Source of the DNA: a virus
Lineage: Duplodnaviria; Caudoviricetes
Reading direction: 5' to 3' (one strand)
DNA: 64,000 bases
IMG/VR virus record: IMGVR_UViG_3300048930_000991
Location: 1,414 to 65,413 of that record
Below are positions 9,460-19,275 of the stretch, piece after piece (position 1 is the first letter of the stretch; every line of letters begins with the position of its first letter). Below the pieces are notes generated by a model that did not search any database, had not been told where the DNA came from, and worked only from the letters and a program-made list of their open reading frames with translations. The position numbers were made by a program, and so were the translations under genes.

Positions 9460-9813
9460 TCAGTCGATGCGCCAGGCAGCGGTGCAATCGGTCAGGGAGA
9501 TGCGGACGAGGCCGCGCGGTCCGACGAAGGCAGCACGTCCGCCACCCACGACCATCCCGAGGCGGGGCGGATCGCCGGCGAGGACAACATCGCCGGCCCG
9601 CGCGAAGACCGGCGGGATCCGCGGGAAGCCCGCGCTGTCGGCGGTCGCCTCCAGCGTCGGCAGGCTGCGCCAAGCCGGCCGGCGCCCGATGGCGGCGTGG
9701 ATTGCCGCGATGGCAAACCGCCCGCAGTTCCAGCGGTGGGCATGAAACGGGCGCGTCTCCGCCGCGGCCAGCAGCGCTGCCAACCGCGCGTGCCAATCCG
9801 GACACCGGGCCAT
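9460..9813 (-). CDS. Tail-tip protein, NlpC/P60-like (DUF6950-like)
   Basis: DWHARL...PF...WNCG and ARAGDVVL motifs; ATG 9813 coupled to the upstream stop. Confidence 0.65.
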   Translation of the reverse strand: MARCPDWHARLAALLAAAETRPFHAHRWNCGRFAIAAIHAAIGRRPAWRSLPTLEATADSAGFPRIPPVFARAGDVVLAGDPPRLGMVVGGGRAAFVGPRGLVRISLTDCTAAWRID

Positions 9814-10391
9814 CAGCTGGCGGGCAGCCGGATCTCCGCCTCCTGCAGGGCGGGAACGTATTCGAAGAAGCGATCCCCCGGATACTCGGCCTGCTGGTCG
9901 GCATCGGTGTAGCGCCGCACCTCGGCACGCTCGAGGTCGACCAGCCGGCTCTCGCAGGTGAGCGAGATGCGGGGCTCCGCCCCGTCCACCACCTGCATGG
10001 TGTCCATCAGCCCGGCCCAGAGCGGGAATGGGTCGGCGACGAAGGCGCCCTCGGCATCGAGCAGCGCCCCCCACAGCCGCGCCGGGCGCAGGCGGAAGGA
10101 CTGCTCGGCGAGCGCGATGTCGACCACCTCCTGCGGCACCGGCGAGAGGGTCAGGGTGATGCGCACGGCGCGCAGCTCGGCGGTCTCCTCGATGTCGGAG
10201 ACGGCGCCGATGGTGCCCATGCCCTCGTAGGTCACCCCTGCCCAATGCAGCGGCCCCAGCCCGGTCCAGGCACGGATCGGGCCGGCGGCGAAGTCGAGCT
10301 CGACCAGGACGACGGGTGTCGCCACCGGCGCGGTCGCCGCCGCGGCAGCCTGGGGCGAGAGCCGCGGCGTGGCGGCGATGCCATCGCTCAT
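9813..10391 (-). CDS. Minor tail protein (gpL-like)
   Basis: LVELDF...AWTGLG and C-terminal YPGDRFFEYV; position after the Dit-like gene. Confidence 0.7.
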   Translation of the reverse strand: MSDGIAATPRLSPQAAAAATAPVATPVVLVELDFAAGPIRAWTGLGPLHWAGVTYEGMGTIGAVSDIEETAELRAVRITLTLSPVPQEVVDIALAEQSFRLRPARLWGALLDAEGAFVADPFPLWAGLMDTMQVVDGAEPRISLTCESRLVDLERAEVRRYTDADQQAEYPGDRFFEYVPALQEAEIRLPAS

Positions 10392-11077
10392 GACAAAGCC
10401 TCCTCGAGGCGGATGGTGATGGCGGTGAAGCGCCCTGGCCGGGTGGGGTTGGCGCCCTCGTCGTCAGAGGCGAGGCGCATAGCGACAGTCGGTGTGGTCA
10501 GCACCAGCGGCTCGGCGAGCGGGGCCGCGGCGCGCAGCGGCGGGGCGATCGGGATGGTCGCGGTGCCGGTGCCGGAGGCAGTGACCGTCTCGGTCGCCAT
10601 ATAGAGCCTCCCGGCGAGGCCGATATGATCCCCGGCGCCGACCGCCACCGCGTTGGGCCACCAGCCCTGGGTCGATAGCGACAGCGCGCCCCGCGCGGCA
10701 CCGGCCGACAGCGATGGCGTGCCGCTCCCCACCACCATCCCCGTCCCATCGGTGAAGATCGTGGTGTCCGAGAAGGAGTAGGGTCCCGCGGGCACCTCGC
10801 CCTGGCTGCGCGGATCGCCGGTGCGGTACTCGCGCCGCCAGTCCCAGATGCGGACGGTGTTGGCCGAGCCGGCGAGCGCCGCCAGCAGCCCCTCCAGCAC
10901 GCCGGCCTGGAGGCGGTTGAGCGGATCGAAGCTGGCCTCGGCGATCCAGCGGGCGCCGTCGCGGCGCAACACCTGGGTGGCGCGGCTGACCGGCGAGACG
11001 AAGCGCAGCGTGTTGTGCTGCAGGTAGAAGCTCAGCCGCGACGGCCGCAGCGCGACGGGCCAGGCGTATTCGGTCAT
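10388..11077 (-). CDS. Distal tail protein (Dit/gpM-like)
   Basis: Immediately follows the tape measure gene; FVSPVSRATQV...RW motif. Confidence 0.65.
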   Translation of the reverse strand: MTEYAWPVALRPSRLSFYLQHNTLRFVSPVSRATQVLRRDGARWIAEASFDPLNRLQAGVLEGLLAALAGSANTVRIWDWRREYRTGDPRSQGEVPAGPYSFSDTTIFTDGTGMVVGSGTPSLSAGAARGALSLSTQGWWPNAVAVGAGDHIGLAGRLYMATETVTASGTGTATIPIAPPLRAAAPLAEPLVLTTPTVAMRLASDDEGANPTRPGRFTAITIRLEEALS

Positions 11078-11092
11078 GCCGACCTCTCCCCG

Positions 11093-13267
11093 CTACCCCC
11101 GCACCGTGTCGTAGGCCGCCCCGCCGCGGCGGATGGCATCCAGCGTCATCGCCGAGGCCTGCCGCGCAATCTGCCCGGCGAGCAGCCGCAGCCGCGCCTC
11201 GACGCCGGCATCGGCGCCGCGGGCGTCAATGCTGATGCTGGTGTGGATGGTCGGGCCGCCGCCGCCCGGGGCGACACCATTCGGCAGCACCGTCCCCGCC
11301 TGGCGCGGCACAAACCATTCGGGGCCCCGTTCGCCCACGACATAGGGCTGGCCGGCGGCGACCGGCCCGCCCTCGGCACGGAACAGCCCGCCGAGCCAGG
11401 AGCCGACATCGGTGAACAGGCTGTCGAAGGAGATCCCGGAGAGCCCGGCCGAGACGGCATTGCCCAGCGGCTCGGTGATGACCTTGCGGGCAAGGATGCG
11501 GGTGATGTCCTGGAGCAGGCCCTCCAGCACGGAGGAGAACTTCTCGCCCTTGACGATCGCGTCCTCGAAGGCGCTGGAGAAGGTCAGGCCAAGCTCCCGC
11601 ACGACGTCGGAGGTGCGTTCCGCGCCGCGCTGCACACGCTCCTCCGCCCGCTCCAGCTCCTCCATCGCCGCGACCGCCTCGCGCTGGATGGTCTCGTCAG
11701 GCACCGCCCGGCCGGCCCGTTCAGCCCGCTCCACCAGGGTGGAGAGATTGGCGAGGCGGCGCTGGTAGCGCTCATGGGCGGTCTCGTTCTGCTGGATCAG
11801 CCGCTCGCGCTCGCGCAGCAACTCGTTCAGCTCCCGCTCGGCCTCGCGCGCCTCCCGCGCGCCCTCGTTGCTGGCACGGCGGACGGCGGCGACACGCGGC
11901 TCCAGGCGGCGCAGCGCCTCGTCGCGCTCCTGCAGGGCGAGCGTCTCGAGGCGGGTGCGCTCGACCGCGGTGACGCCACCCGCAGCCTCCGCCTCGCGCA
12001 GGCGGCGGACCCGCTCCTCGTATTCCCGGTTGATCCGGAAGCGGTCGTCGAGGTCGCGGCTGAGCTCCTGGACGTCCTGCGTCGCCCGGCGCCGACGGGC
12101 GTCGGCGGCCTGGGCGGCGGCACTCTCCTGCTCCGTCCGCTGACGCTCCCCGGCGGCCTGCTCGCCGCGAGTGATCTCGGCCTGGAGGTCCGTGTATTGC
12201 CGGCGCAACTCCTCCAGCCGGGCGGCGCGATCCACCCCGGCCTGCTGCTCGGCGGTACCGACCAGGCCAGGACGGATGCTGCCGCGCCGCACTGGGGCGG
12301 TGAGGCTGGCGCGGCCGTCCTGCTGGCTTTCCAGCCGGGCGATCTGCGCCGCCAGCGCCTCGGCCTGGCGGCGCATGCCGGCGAAGCGTTCCTCCTCGCT
12401 GAGCAGGCCCGCACCCTGGCGGACGCCGTCCACCGCGCGGGCGGCAGCCGAGAGCGCTCGGGCCAGCGCATTGGAGAGGCCGATGGCGCGATCGAGCTGG
12501 CCCAGAAAATTCTCGGTCGCCGCGGTCAGCTGCCCGAAGGCGCGGCCGAGGGAGAGCGGCGCACGGTCGAGCTCGGCGCCGAGCCGCTCGGCCGCGCGCA
12601 GCAGGGCCGGAAAGACCCGCTCGGCGGTGAGCTTGCCCTCGCTGCCAAGCTTGCGGAGCTCGCCGATGGAGACGCCGAGTTCCTTGGCCAGCCCCTCGGC
12701 CAGCAGCGGCATGGCCTCGAGGATGGAGCGCAGCTCGTCGCCCTGCAGCACGCCCGACGCGAGTGCCTGGGCGAGCTGCAGCGTAGCCGAGGAGATCTCC
12801 TGCGTGGATGCGCCGGAGACGATGGCGACGCGCTGCAGGCCGCCGACGAGGCGGACCACCTGGTCGGAGGTGGCGCCGATCTCGCGGGCGGCGATCGAGA
12901 AGCGCTGGAAGGCGTCGACACTCTCGGAGACCGCGACGCCGGTGGACAGTGCATTGTGGTACAGCGCCTCGTAGACTTGGCCGGCGCGCTCGACCGAGCC
13001 GGTGGCGTTCTGCAGGCGCGAGAGGCTCTGGGTGAGCGCGTCGCCGGCCTGGACCAGGGCACGGGCCGCCACCGCCACGCCGGCGAGCTGGATCCCCCGC
13101 ACGGCGACGTCGAGCAGGTCGAGCGAGCGCGAAGCGCGTTCGGCGCCGCCCGTGATCTGGTCGAGCGAGCGCTGGCCGGTCTCGCCGACCTCGCGCAGGC
13201 CAGCCTTGACCCGGGCGGCATCGTCCAGCGACAGGCGGACCGAGACGCGGCGGGTGGCGTCGGCCAT
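11093..13267 (-). CDS. Tape measure protein
   Basis: LQLAQALASGVLQGDELRSILE tape-measure motif, long coiled coil, C-terminal GGPV..G.PYVVGERGPE. Confidence 0.93.
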   Translation of the reverse strand: MADATRRVSVRLSLDDAARVKAGLREVGETGQRSLDQITGGAERASRSLDLLDVAVRGIQLAGVAVAARALVQAGDALTQSLSRLQNATGSVERAGQVYEALYHNALSTGVAVSESVDAFQRFSIAAREIGATSDQVVRLVGGLQRVAIVSGASTQEISSATLQLAQALASGVLQGDELRSILEAMPLLAEGLAKELGVSIGELRKLGSEGKLTAERVFPALLRAAERLGAELDRAPLSLGRAFGQLTAATENFLGQLDRAIGLSNALARALSAAARAVDGVRQGAGLLSEEERFAGMRRQAEALAAQIARLESQQDGRASLTAPVRRGSIRPGLVGTAEQQAGVDRAARLEELRRQYTDLQAEITRGEQAAGERQRTEQESAAAQAADARRRRATQDVQELSRDLDDRFRINREYEERVRRLREAEAAGGVTAVERTRLETLALQERDEALRRLEPRVAAVRRASNEGAREAREAERELNELLRERERLIQQNETAHERYQRRLANLSTLVERAERAGRAVPDETIQREAVAAMEELERAEERVQRGAERTSDVVRELGLTFSSAFEDAIVKGEKFSSVLEGLLQDITRILARKVITEPLGNAVSAGLSGISFDSLFTDVGSWLGGLFRAEGGPVAAGQPYVVGERGPEWFVPRQAGTVLPNGVAPGGGGPTIHTSISIDARGADAGVEARLRLLAGQIARQASAMTLDAIRRGGAAYDTVRG

Positions 13268-13268
13268 G

Positions 13269-13595
13269 TCAGGTCGTCTCCCCCTCGCGGCGGGCGGCAG
13301 CGCCCTCGGCCATGCCGCTGCGGATGGCGAGCAGCAGTTCGGCGGCGGCCCAGCCGGTGGCGCCCAGTTCCCGTGCCGCGGCGAGCGCGCCGGCGGTATC
13401 GAGCGTCAGGCCGGCCATGGTCGCCTCAGCGCAGGCCGTGCAGGCGGACCAGCAGGCATGGCCCTCGACGCTGCTGGGGGCATGGGCGGTGTAGGGGCAA
13501 GCGTCCGTGCAGTCGCGCTCGAAGGCGGCGCAGCCGCGGCAGTATTCGGGCCCGCGGCCAAAATGCCAGGCGGCGCGGACCCTTAGCCGTTTCCC
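13269..13595 (-). CDS. -1 frameshift extension of the tail assembly chaperone (gpGT-like)
   Basis: GGGAAAC slippery heptamer at 13595-13589; the -1 frame is open to TGA at 13271-13269, just before the TMP ATG. Confidence 0.75.
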   Translation of the reverse strand, partial: GKRLRVRAAWHFGRGPEYCRGCAAFERDCTDACPYTAHAPSSVEGHACWSACTACAEATMAGLTLDTAGALAAARELGATGWAAAELLLAIRSGMAEGAAARREGETT

Positions 13596-13960
13596 TCGGC
13601 GGCCACCGCGGCGACCGGGGCGGTGGCGCGGTCCCAGAAGGCGGCCGCGATGTCGTCGAGGTCCATCAGGCGTTCGACCGCCTCGGGCGAGAGCGGCAGC
13701 GGCTTGCCCGCGGCATCACCGACGCCCTCCCAGCCAGTGACGGCGTGCCGCGCCAGCGCCTTGACGAGGAAGGCGAAGGAGAGGCCGCGCGACATGTCAG
13801 GGTCGAGGTCCGGATCGGCGAGGCGGATCGCGGCGAGACGGCGCGCGGCGGCGGCCTGCGCCGCGGCCATGACGGCGGTCGTCACCGGCCGGATCTCGAC
13901 GCGCACGCCGCGCGGCAGGTCGAGCCAGTACGGCTCGGCCGGGAGGTCGAGTGTGAGCAT
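13583..13960 (-). CDS. Tail assembly chaperone (gpG-like)
   Basis: GGAG RBS before ATG 13960; VTGWEGV motif; sits upstream of the TMP. Confidence 0.8.
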   Translation of the reverse strand: MLTLDLPAEPYWLDLPRGVRVEIRPVTTAVMAAAQAAAARRLAAIRLADPDLDPDMSRGLSFAFLVKALARHAVTGWEGVGDAAGKPLPLSPEAVERLMDLDDIAAAFWDRATAPVAAVAAEGNG

Positions 13961-14256
13961 TTGCAACTCCGTCGTTGAGGCAGGATCCGCAGGCGCCTTG
14001 CGGCACTGCGGCATGACGCTTGGGCGATGATCGGCCTCGGCCAGGGGAGCCGACGCGTGGAGCGAACCGCCAGGTCTGCCCCTCAGCGGTCCGTTACCTA
14101 CGGCCCATCAAGGTCTCGTTTCAGGCGCTGGTGGACATGCCTGCTGGGACTAGAGGATCAACGGCCATACGCCCATCTCAGCCACTCCAGATCCAGGTGG
14201 CTCTGACCAAAAGCGGCCGTGCTGCTGCTAAGGCGACAGGAGGTCGCAGCGCTTCG

Positions 14257-16683
14257 CTATGCAGCGACAAGCGACCTTTCCTCATGGTAGCTGTAGCGCC
14301 GCGAGAGACACCGTGTATCCTGCTGCGGCCCGCGCGTGAGCTCGAGCGTTAGTAGGCTGTCCGTCGGGAAAGCGGGGCTGAGTTCGAGGCGGAGATACTC
14401 GAACAGTTGACGATCGTGCACCGCGATAACCACCTGACGCTTGTGTTCCTTCGAAAGGGTGCGCAACAGCGCGGCGAGATGCGCGATGTGGACGTCGTCC
14501 ATCGACTGCACCGGATCATCGAGGATTAGCCAAGGCAGCGTCCGGGGCACCGAGAGGTGTAGTGCGAGGAAGAGCGTCAGGGCGGCAGTGTTGAGATTGC
14601 CGGCGCTGAGCATGGCGCCGGGCGTGCCTCCGACAGCGCCGCCGTCGCGGTGATCGGTGACGAGCCGAGGCTGGATCCGCTGGGTGCCCGCAGCAGGTAT
14701 ACGGAACGCGGGGATAAACGGCTCTCCGGGCGCCAGCCGGACGAAGAGGTCGCGCCATAGACGATTGAGGCGCTCGTTGAACTCCCTTCGGATTATGCCG
14801 GAGCGGATGGTGTCCACGGCGTCCCGGATCTTCGTGCCCTGCGCCCTGACCTTCTGAGCACGCTTCTGCGCGTCGTTCACCTTCTTGAGCGCCTGTTCGT
14901 TCTCGCCGAGGCCCTCGGAAATGCTGTCGCTCCGAGCCTGCAGGGTTCTGATCGTCGCCACGGCTTCCCGTCCCCTGCGACGTGCGGCGAGCCTGTCCTC
15001 CAGCCGCCTTAATTCAGTGTCGAGGAGAAGCTGAATTCTTGCACCGGCTCCCACCGGATCCTCTCCGTCCGCCACCGGGTCTCCCGCGACGGTCCGAGCG
15101 AAATCCGACAACGTCTGCCTTGCTGCGGTCAGGGCGACACTACGGGACTGCGCCTCGGTCACCGCTCGCCTAGCCACCACTTCGGCGGTGCGCAAGCGAG
15201 CCCCTTCCCTCAGCGTGTCAATCATGTTTGCGAGTTCCGTCCGGGCCGCATGCAGGTCGGCTACGGCGCGATCGAGACCAGCAAGCGTTCGGTCATCTAG
15301 CACCGCCTGTTCCAGCGCCGCGATCTCTCGATCAAGCCGGTCTACCTGCGTCTGGGCTTCTGTCCTGGTACGTCCGAGCGCGAGAAGCCGCTGAGCCGAT
15401 GACGATAGGCTCCGGACCTTGGCATGGACGTGCTCGACGAGGTTGCCGTCATGAACCTCCGCATAGTCGCGGTCGCACACCGGGCAGGTGTCTCCATCTA
15501 TGAACGACGTAAGTTCCGAGAGGATGGAACCCAGACCGCCCGATGAGGCCGGAATATCAGCCATTTCGGCATCGATCGTCTTCACTCGGGACCGCGCGAC
15601 TTCGACCTCTCCCTGCGCAGTCCCAAGTCGCTCGGCGTCAGTCTTGGCCTTGGTGCTCCGGGCCGACGCGTGCTCGCTTCGCACGGCCAGCTGTCGCAAC
15701 GCCGCGTCCGAGAACGCCGCCATGTCGCCCGGCAGGGATATATCCGAGAGCAGCGCCTCGATGCGTGCCCTGAGCGCCAAGTAGCGTTCCCCGTTCGCCG
15801 CCTCCCAGTGGCCGTAGGCGCCGGGCGCCGCAGCGGTGGGATCGGCTATTGATCCAGCGGCCGGCTGGGCCTTCGCCGCCTCCGCGATCTCGCGGCGGAT
15901 CGATGCCAGCTGGCGTCGGTGATCGGTGATCGACGCGAGCGCTTGTTCGTCCTCGTCCGGCCTGAGTTCCGCCTCGATCGCGCCGAGCGTGCGGTCGTCG
16001 AGTTCCAACGACAGATCGAGCGCAGCGGCTGCACTTCGGATCGTCACCATCTGGTGGCCGATATCCTTGGTGACCTGGAGCAGGCTGGTCCTCTGATCCT
16101 CGATCAGGGCATCGATCCGCGTCTTCTCTAACTCGTTGTCGGACCACCCATCGACGATCTTGCGAACGTTGCGGACGTCTCCAAGCGGCTTGAGGCCGGA
16201 CTCGATGGCATCGAGGCGGTCGAGACGAAGGAGCTCGCCCACGAACCGCGCGAGCGGCGAGTCCGCGCCGCTGCCGGAATCCTGGTAGATCTGCAGCAGC
16301 TGACCGAGCAGCGCCTGCGGAAGGTAGCTCCGCTCGCTGAAGAAGGTGGTGAGAGGCCCGTCCAGCGGGATGGCCGACGTTACCCCCTCTGCCGACAGCG
16401 TCGCGCGGTACAGCGCCGAGGTGTTGCCTATCGTCGTCTTCACCGCCACGCTGCCCTGTGCGGCCGAGCGGTGCATGAGCTGCGTGGCAAAGTCGGGATC
16501 CGCACGCCGCAGCGACTGCACGCTTCCGGTCAGCGCCAGTTCGATAGCAAAGAGAAGGCTCGTCTTGCCGGCACCGTTCTCGCCGTGGATGAGTACGACC
16601 TGGGCATCGAGCGGGGCGTGCACGTGTCCACGGATGCTGCGGAAGTCGACGACGTCGAGTTCTTTGAGAAGAAGGTCGGTCAC
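14257..16683 (-). CDS. Rad50/SbcC/SMC-like ABC ATPase (LmuB-like)
   Basis: Walker A GENGAGKT, Q-loop YLPQ, coiled coils with CPVC zinc hook, LSAG signature, Walker B ILDDP, H-loop AVHD. Confidence 0.9.
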   Translation of the reverse strand: MTDLLLKELDVVDFRSIRGHVHAPLDAQVVLIHGENGAGKTSLLFAIELALTGSVQSLRRADPDFATQLMHRSAAQGSVAVKTTIGNTSALYRATLSAEGVTSAIPLDGPLTTFFSERSYLPQALLGQLLQIYQDSGSGADSPLARFVGELLRLDRLDAIESGLKPLGDVRNVRKIVDGWSDNELEKTRIDALIEDQRTSLLQVTKDIGHQMVTIRSAAAALDLSLELDDRTLGAIEAELRPDEDEQALASITDHRRQLASIRREIAEAAKAQPAAGSIADPTAAAPGAYGHWEAANGERYLALRARIEALLSDISLPGDMAAFSDAALRQLAVRSEHASARSTKAKTDAERLGTAQGEVEVARSRVKTIDAEMADIPASSGGLGSILSELTSFIDGDTCPVCDRDYAEVHDGNLVEHVHAKVRSLSSSAQRLLALGRTRTEAQTQVDRLDREIAALEQAVLDDRTLAGLDRAVADLHAARTELANMIDTLREGARLRTAEVVARRAVTEAQSRSVALTAARQTLSDFARTVAGDPVADGEDPVGAGARIQLLLDTELRRLEDRLAARRRGREAVATIRTLQARSDSISEGLGENEQALKKVNDAQKRAQKVRAQGTKIRDAVDTIRSGIIRREFNERLNRLWRDLFVRLAPGEPFIPAFRIPAAGTQRIQPRLVTDHRDGGAVGGTPGAMLSAGNLNTAALTLFLALHLSVPRTLPWLILDDPVQSMDDVHIAHLAALLRTLSKEHKRQVVIAVHDRQLFEYLRLELSPAFPTDSLLTLELTRGPQQDTRCLSRRYSYHEERSLVAA

Positions 16684-17291
16684 GCTTTCTCCTCCTTATC
16701 CCGTAAAGCGGCATCGATCAGTCGGGCGATCGCGGTGGTCACGGCCTCCTCGCCGTGCTCCGCCGCCGCCATGATCGCCTCGATGGTACCGCTGTCCACA
16801 GTATTCGCCAGCGCAGCCCGCAGCTGTTCCTGCGCCGATCCGGCTTGGTCCTCCGGACCCGACTGCGGGATCGAGAGTGGCAACAGCACCCGGATGCTAT
16901 CTTCCAGCCGGCGGAGGTCCGGCGTGCCGTCGTCACAGAGGGGAAGCGTGTCGACGTGCAGGACGCGGGCCGTTTCTGCGAGCGATTCCATGTCGCTCGA
17001 GAGCGCAGCGCCGGCCAGCACCACGGTCAGGACATATCTGGATGCGGTTACATCGAGAGCACGGCTCATCGCTTGAACGCGGTGACGGACGCGAGCGCCG
17101 TCGCTGTCTCCGAAGTCTCCTGCCGTTGTGTCGATCAAAAGTACAAGATCCAGCGCGCGCCCGCGCCTGCCACGCAGCGCTCCCGTGAACTGGAACTCGA
17201 CGCCGGCGATCCTGAATGGAGTCGGAAGATCGTCATACTCAGCCTCGTGGAGGCGCTGCCTTATTGCGGCTATCAGCGGGGAGTCGATCAT
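16680..17291 (-). CDS. ABC three-component middle protein (LmuC/MC-like)
   Basis: 203 aa alpha/beta protein overlapping both neighbours by 4 nt, between the SIR2 effector and the SMC ATPase. Confidence 0.65.
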   Translation of the reverse strand: MIDSPLIAAIRQRLHEAEYDDLPTPFRIAGVEFQFTGALRGRRGRALDLVLLIDTTAGDFGDSDGARVRHRVQAMSRALDVTASRYVLTVVLAGAALSSDMESLAETARVLHVDTLPLCDDGTPDLRRLEDSIRVLLPLSIPQSGPEDQAGSAQEQLRAALANTVDSGTIEAIMAAAEHGEEAVTTAIARLIDAALRDKEEKA

Positions 17292-19042
17292 AGCAGCACC
17301 TCCGCCACGAACGTCGCGCGCAGCCCATCGATGTCGCCGGATACGCGCAGCATCTCGCCGACGCTGACATGGGATGGCTCCAGCGTTCCCGTCCTACCAG
17401 GTGCGCTGCCGGGCGACCTGCCTGATCGAACCGCCATCGTTCGATGCCACGTGTCGTCCGAATGAATCACGAGGGCGTTGTCGTTTGCGTACGCTCCATC
17501 CGACTGGAGACGGATTGCCTCCGACACCGACTTCACGAGGAAGACGGGACGGATCGGCGCGCCGGGACGATCGGCCTGAAGCGATGCCACGCCAGCGGTC
17601 AGCTCATCACCGGTCGGCGGCTTGACGGACCATTTGCCTGAAGATCGACCATGCTCCAGTAGGGCCAACGTGACGGCGAGATGGCCGAGGTTCGAGCTTC
17701 GGGCGTTCTGATCGGCGGCTAGAATCGCGGCAGTCGACTGGCTGACTTGCTCGTATGCGGTGGGATCACGCTGAAGGGTACCGCCGCGGAAGACCGACAG
17801 AAGTCGCGACCAGTATGCGATTCCCTGGTTCACCGCGGGCGTACGGTCTTCGGCGACGGCGTCGACGGTCGCGCCAGCAGCGAAGAGGTCACGCAGATCG
17901 TTCAGCGATTCAGTCAGCTCGGCGCAGAGCGCGGCCTTGCCGATGGCCGCTAGCGCGAGTTCCATGAGGCAGGCTAGCTTGTCGGTTATTGTCTTGAGCA
18001 CCAACGCGATCAAGACCTGTTCGCCCCAGGCCCGCATGTGACAGGCACGGTGTATGTCGACAATGTTGCCGTTGTAGGCGCCACCGTAGACCAGGCGCAG
18101 GACATCGACCTGCCCCTGCTTGATCTCGTCCTCGCAGAAGACGTGTCCCGGGGCGTCCGGTTCGCAAGGCCATGGCCAGGGATTTATGGCCGTTGCCTCG
18201 GTGAAGACGGCCTGAAGGTTCATGTCCTGGATCGACAGGCCTAGCACCAGCGACTTCTTGTTCGTTGCCACGTCGCGGACCGCGTTCCGCATCGCCGCGA
18301 AGTCCTGATTGTAGGGCCACCTGCCTATTTGCGTGTGACTACCGGTAAGGAATCGTCGATATTTTGCCTCGTCCTGCTGCGCATGCTCGACGCACCCGTG
18401 GAATTTGAGCAGCGTGGCCTTGCCAGGCGGATCGCGAAGCTGACCAGGATCGACGACGATCTGCAGCAGTCCGGGCACGCTGCCGCCGAGACGCCGGACG
18501 GCGGCCTCGATGAAGCCGTCCCAGTTCGCGGAGGCGATCGTCTGAACCGCGCCCTCAAGCACCAGGATCGCGATGCACAGGTGCGCGGCTGCCGGCGGGG
18601 CCGGGTGCGCGAACTGCCGTCGGATGTCAATCGCGTTCCAAAGGATGAAGTCTGAAGGCTCGTCCGGAATGCGGATATCAAGGATACGGGAGTAGCTGTT
18701 CCAGAGCGTGTCGACGATCTGCTTGCGGAGCGCCCATTCGTCGAACGGCCGGTGCAGGTCGGATCCGATCGTGGCGCGATCCAGACCAGCAAACCTGAGT
18801 GCCTCGTCCAGCGCCGGCAGGTAATCCGCGGCAATCGCCGGATTTGAGGTGCATGCCCGAATATACTCCATCGCTGCAGCGATCAGCCCGCCAAGGCTTG
18901 GCGCCCGTCTCGAGATGCCGGAGCCGATCCACAGCGCGAACTCGCCGTTCTCGACCGCCTTCGCGGTCGATGCGAATTCCCCGTCGAGCTTCGCCAGTAC
19001 CTGGCGCACAGTTATGTCAGTCGCGCTGGGCACAAGACCCAC
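17288..19042 (-). CDS. SIR2-family (SIR2_2) NADase-like effector with C-terminal domain (LmuA-like)
   Basis: ALWIGSGIS, ASANWD, LLKFHG and LVLGLSIQD are SIR2_2 motifs. Confidence 0.85.
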   Translation of the reverse strand: MGLVPSATDITVRQVLAKLDGEFASTAKAVENGEFALWIGSGISRRAPSLGGLIAAAMEYIRACTSNPAIAADYLPALDEALRFAGLDRATIGSDLHRPFDEWALRKQIVDTLWNSYSRILDIRIPDEPSDFILWNAIDIRRQFAHPAPPAAAHLCIAILVLEGAVQTIASANWDGFIEAAVRRLGGSVPGLLQIVVDPGQLRDPPGKATLLKFHGCVEHAQQDEAKYRRFLTGSHTQIGRWPYNQDFAAMRNAVRDVATNKKSLVLGLSIQDMNLQAVFTEATAINPWPWPCEPDAPGHVFCEDEIKQGQVDVLRLVYGGAYNGNIVDIHRACHMRAWGEQVLIALVLKTITDKLACLMELALAAIGKAALCAELTESLNDLRDLFAAGATVDAVAEDRTPAVNQGIAYWSRLLSVFRGGTLQRDPTAYEQVSQSTAAILAADQNARSSNLGHLAVTLALLEHGRSSGKWSVKPPTGDELTAGVASLQADRPGAPIRPVFLVKSVSEAIRLQSDGAYANDNALVIHSDDTWHRTMAVRSGRSPGSAPGRTGTLEPSHVSVGEMLRVSGDIDGLRATFVAEVLL

Positions 19043-19275
19043 GGTATGCCTCCCCGATCGGCATGACGTGCGTCACCCGTAACCGCTGAAAGGCTATGTA
19101 CATTCCAGTAGCAAGGCAACGGGATGTCGCAAACCGCGAACTGCTGACGGCCTCGCTGGCCGGAGCCCGGCGGTTTTGCTCAGCCGCTGCGGATAGAGGT
19201 TGGAGTGGAAATCTACATGCCCGGCCCTATACAGCCACTTTCGCCCAAGGCAGCCCTCAGACATCGCGATAGCCG

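Noticed and set aside
13265-13300. Possible read-through of the frameshifted chaperone into the tape measure protein
   Set aside because: Careful reading gives GAG GGG GAG ACG ACC TGA, a stop at 13271-13269 before the TMP ATG
11015-13978. 987 aa plus-strand ORF and the many other long antisense ORFs (e.g. 6059-7822, 23435-25606, 28514-30643, 42628-44469, 53070-54737)
   Set aside because: Shadow frames of real genes in high-GC DNA; Arg/Gly/Ala-biased with no motifs
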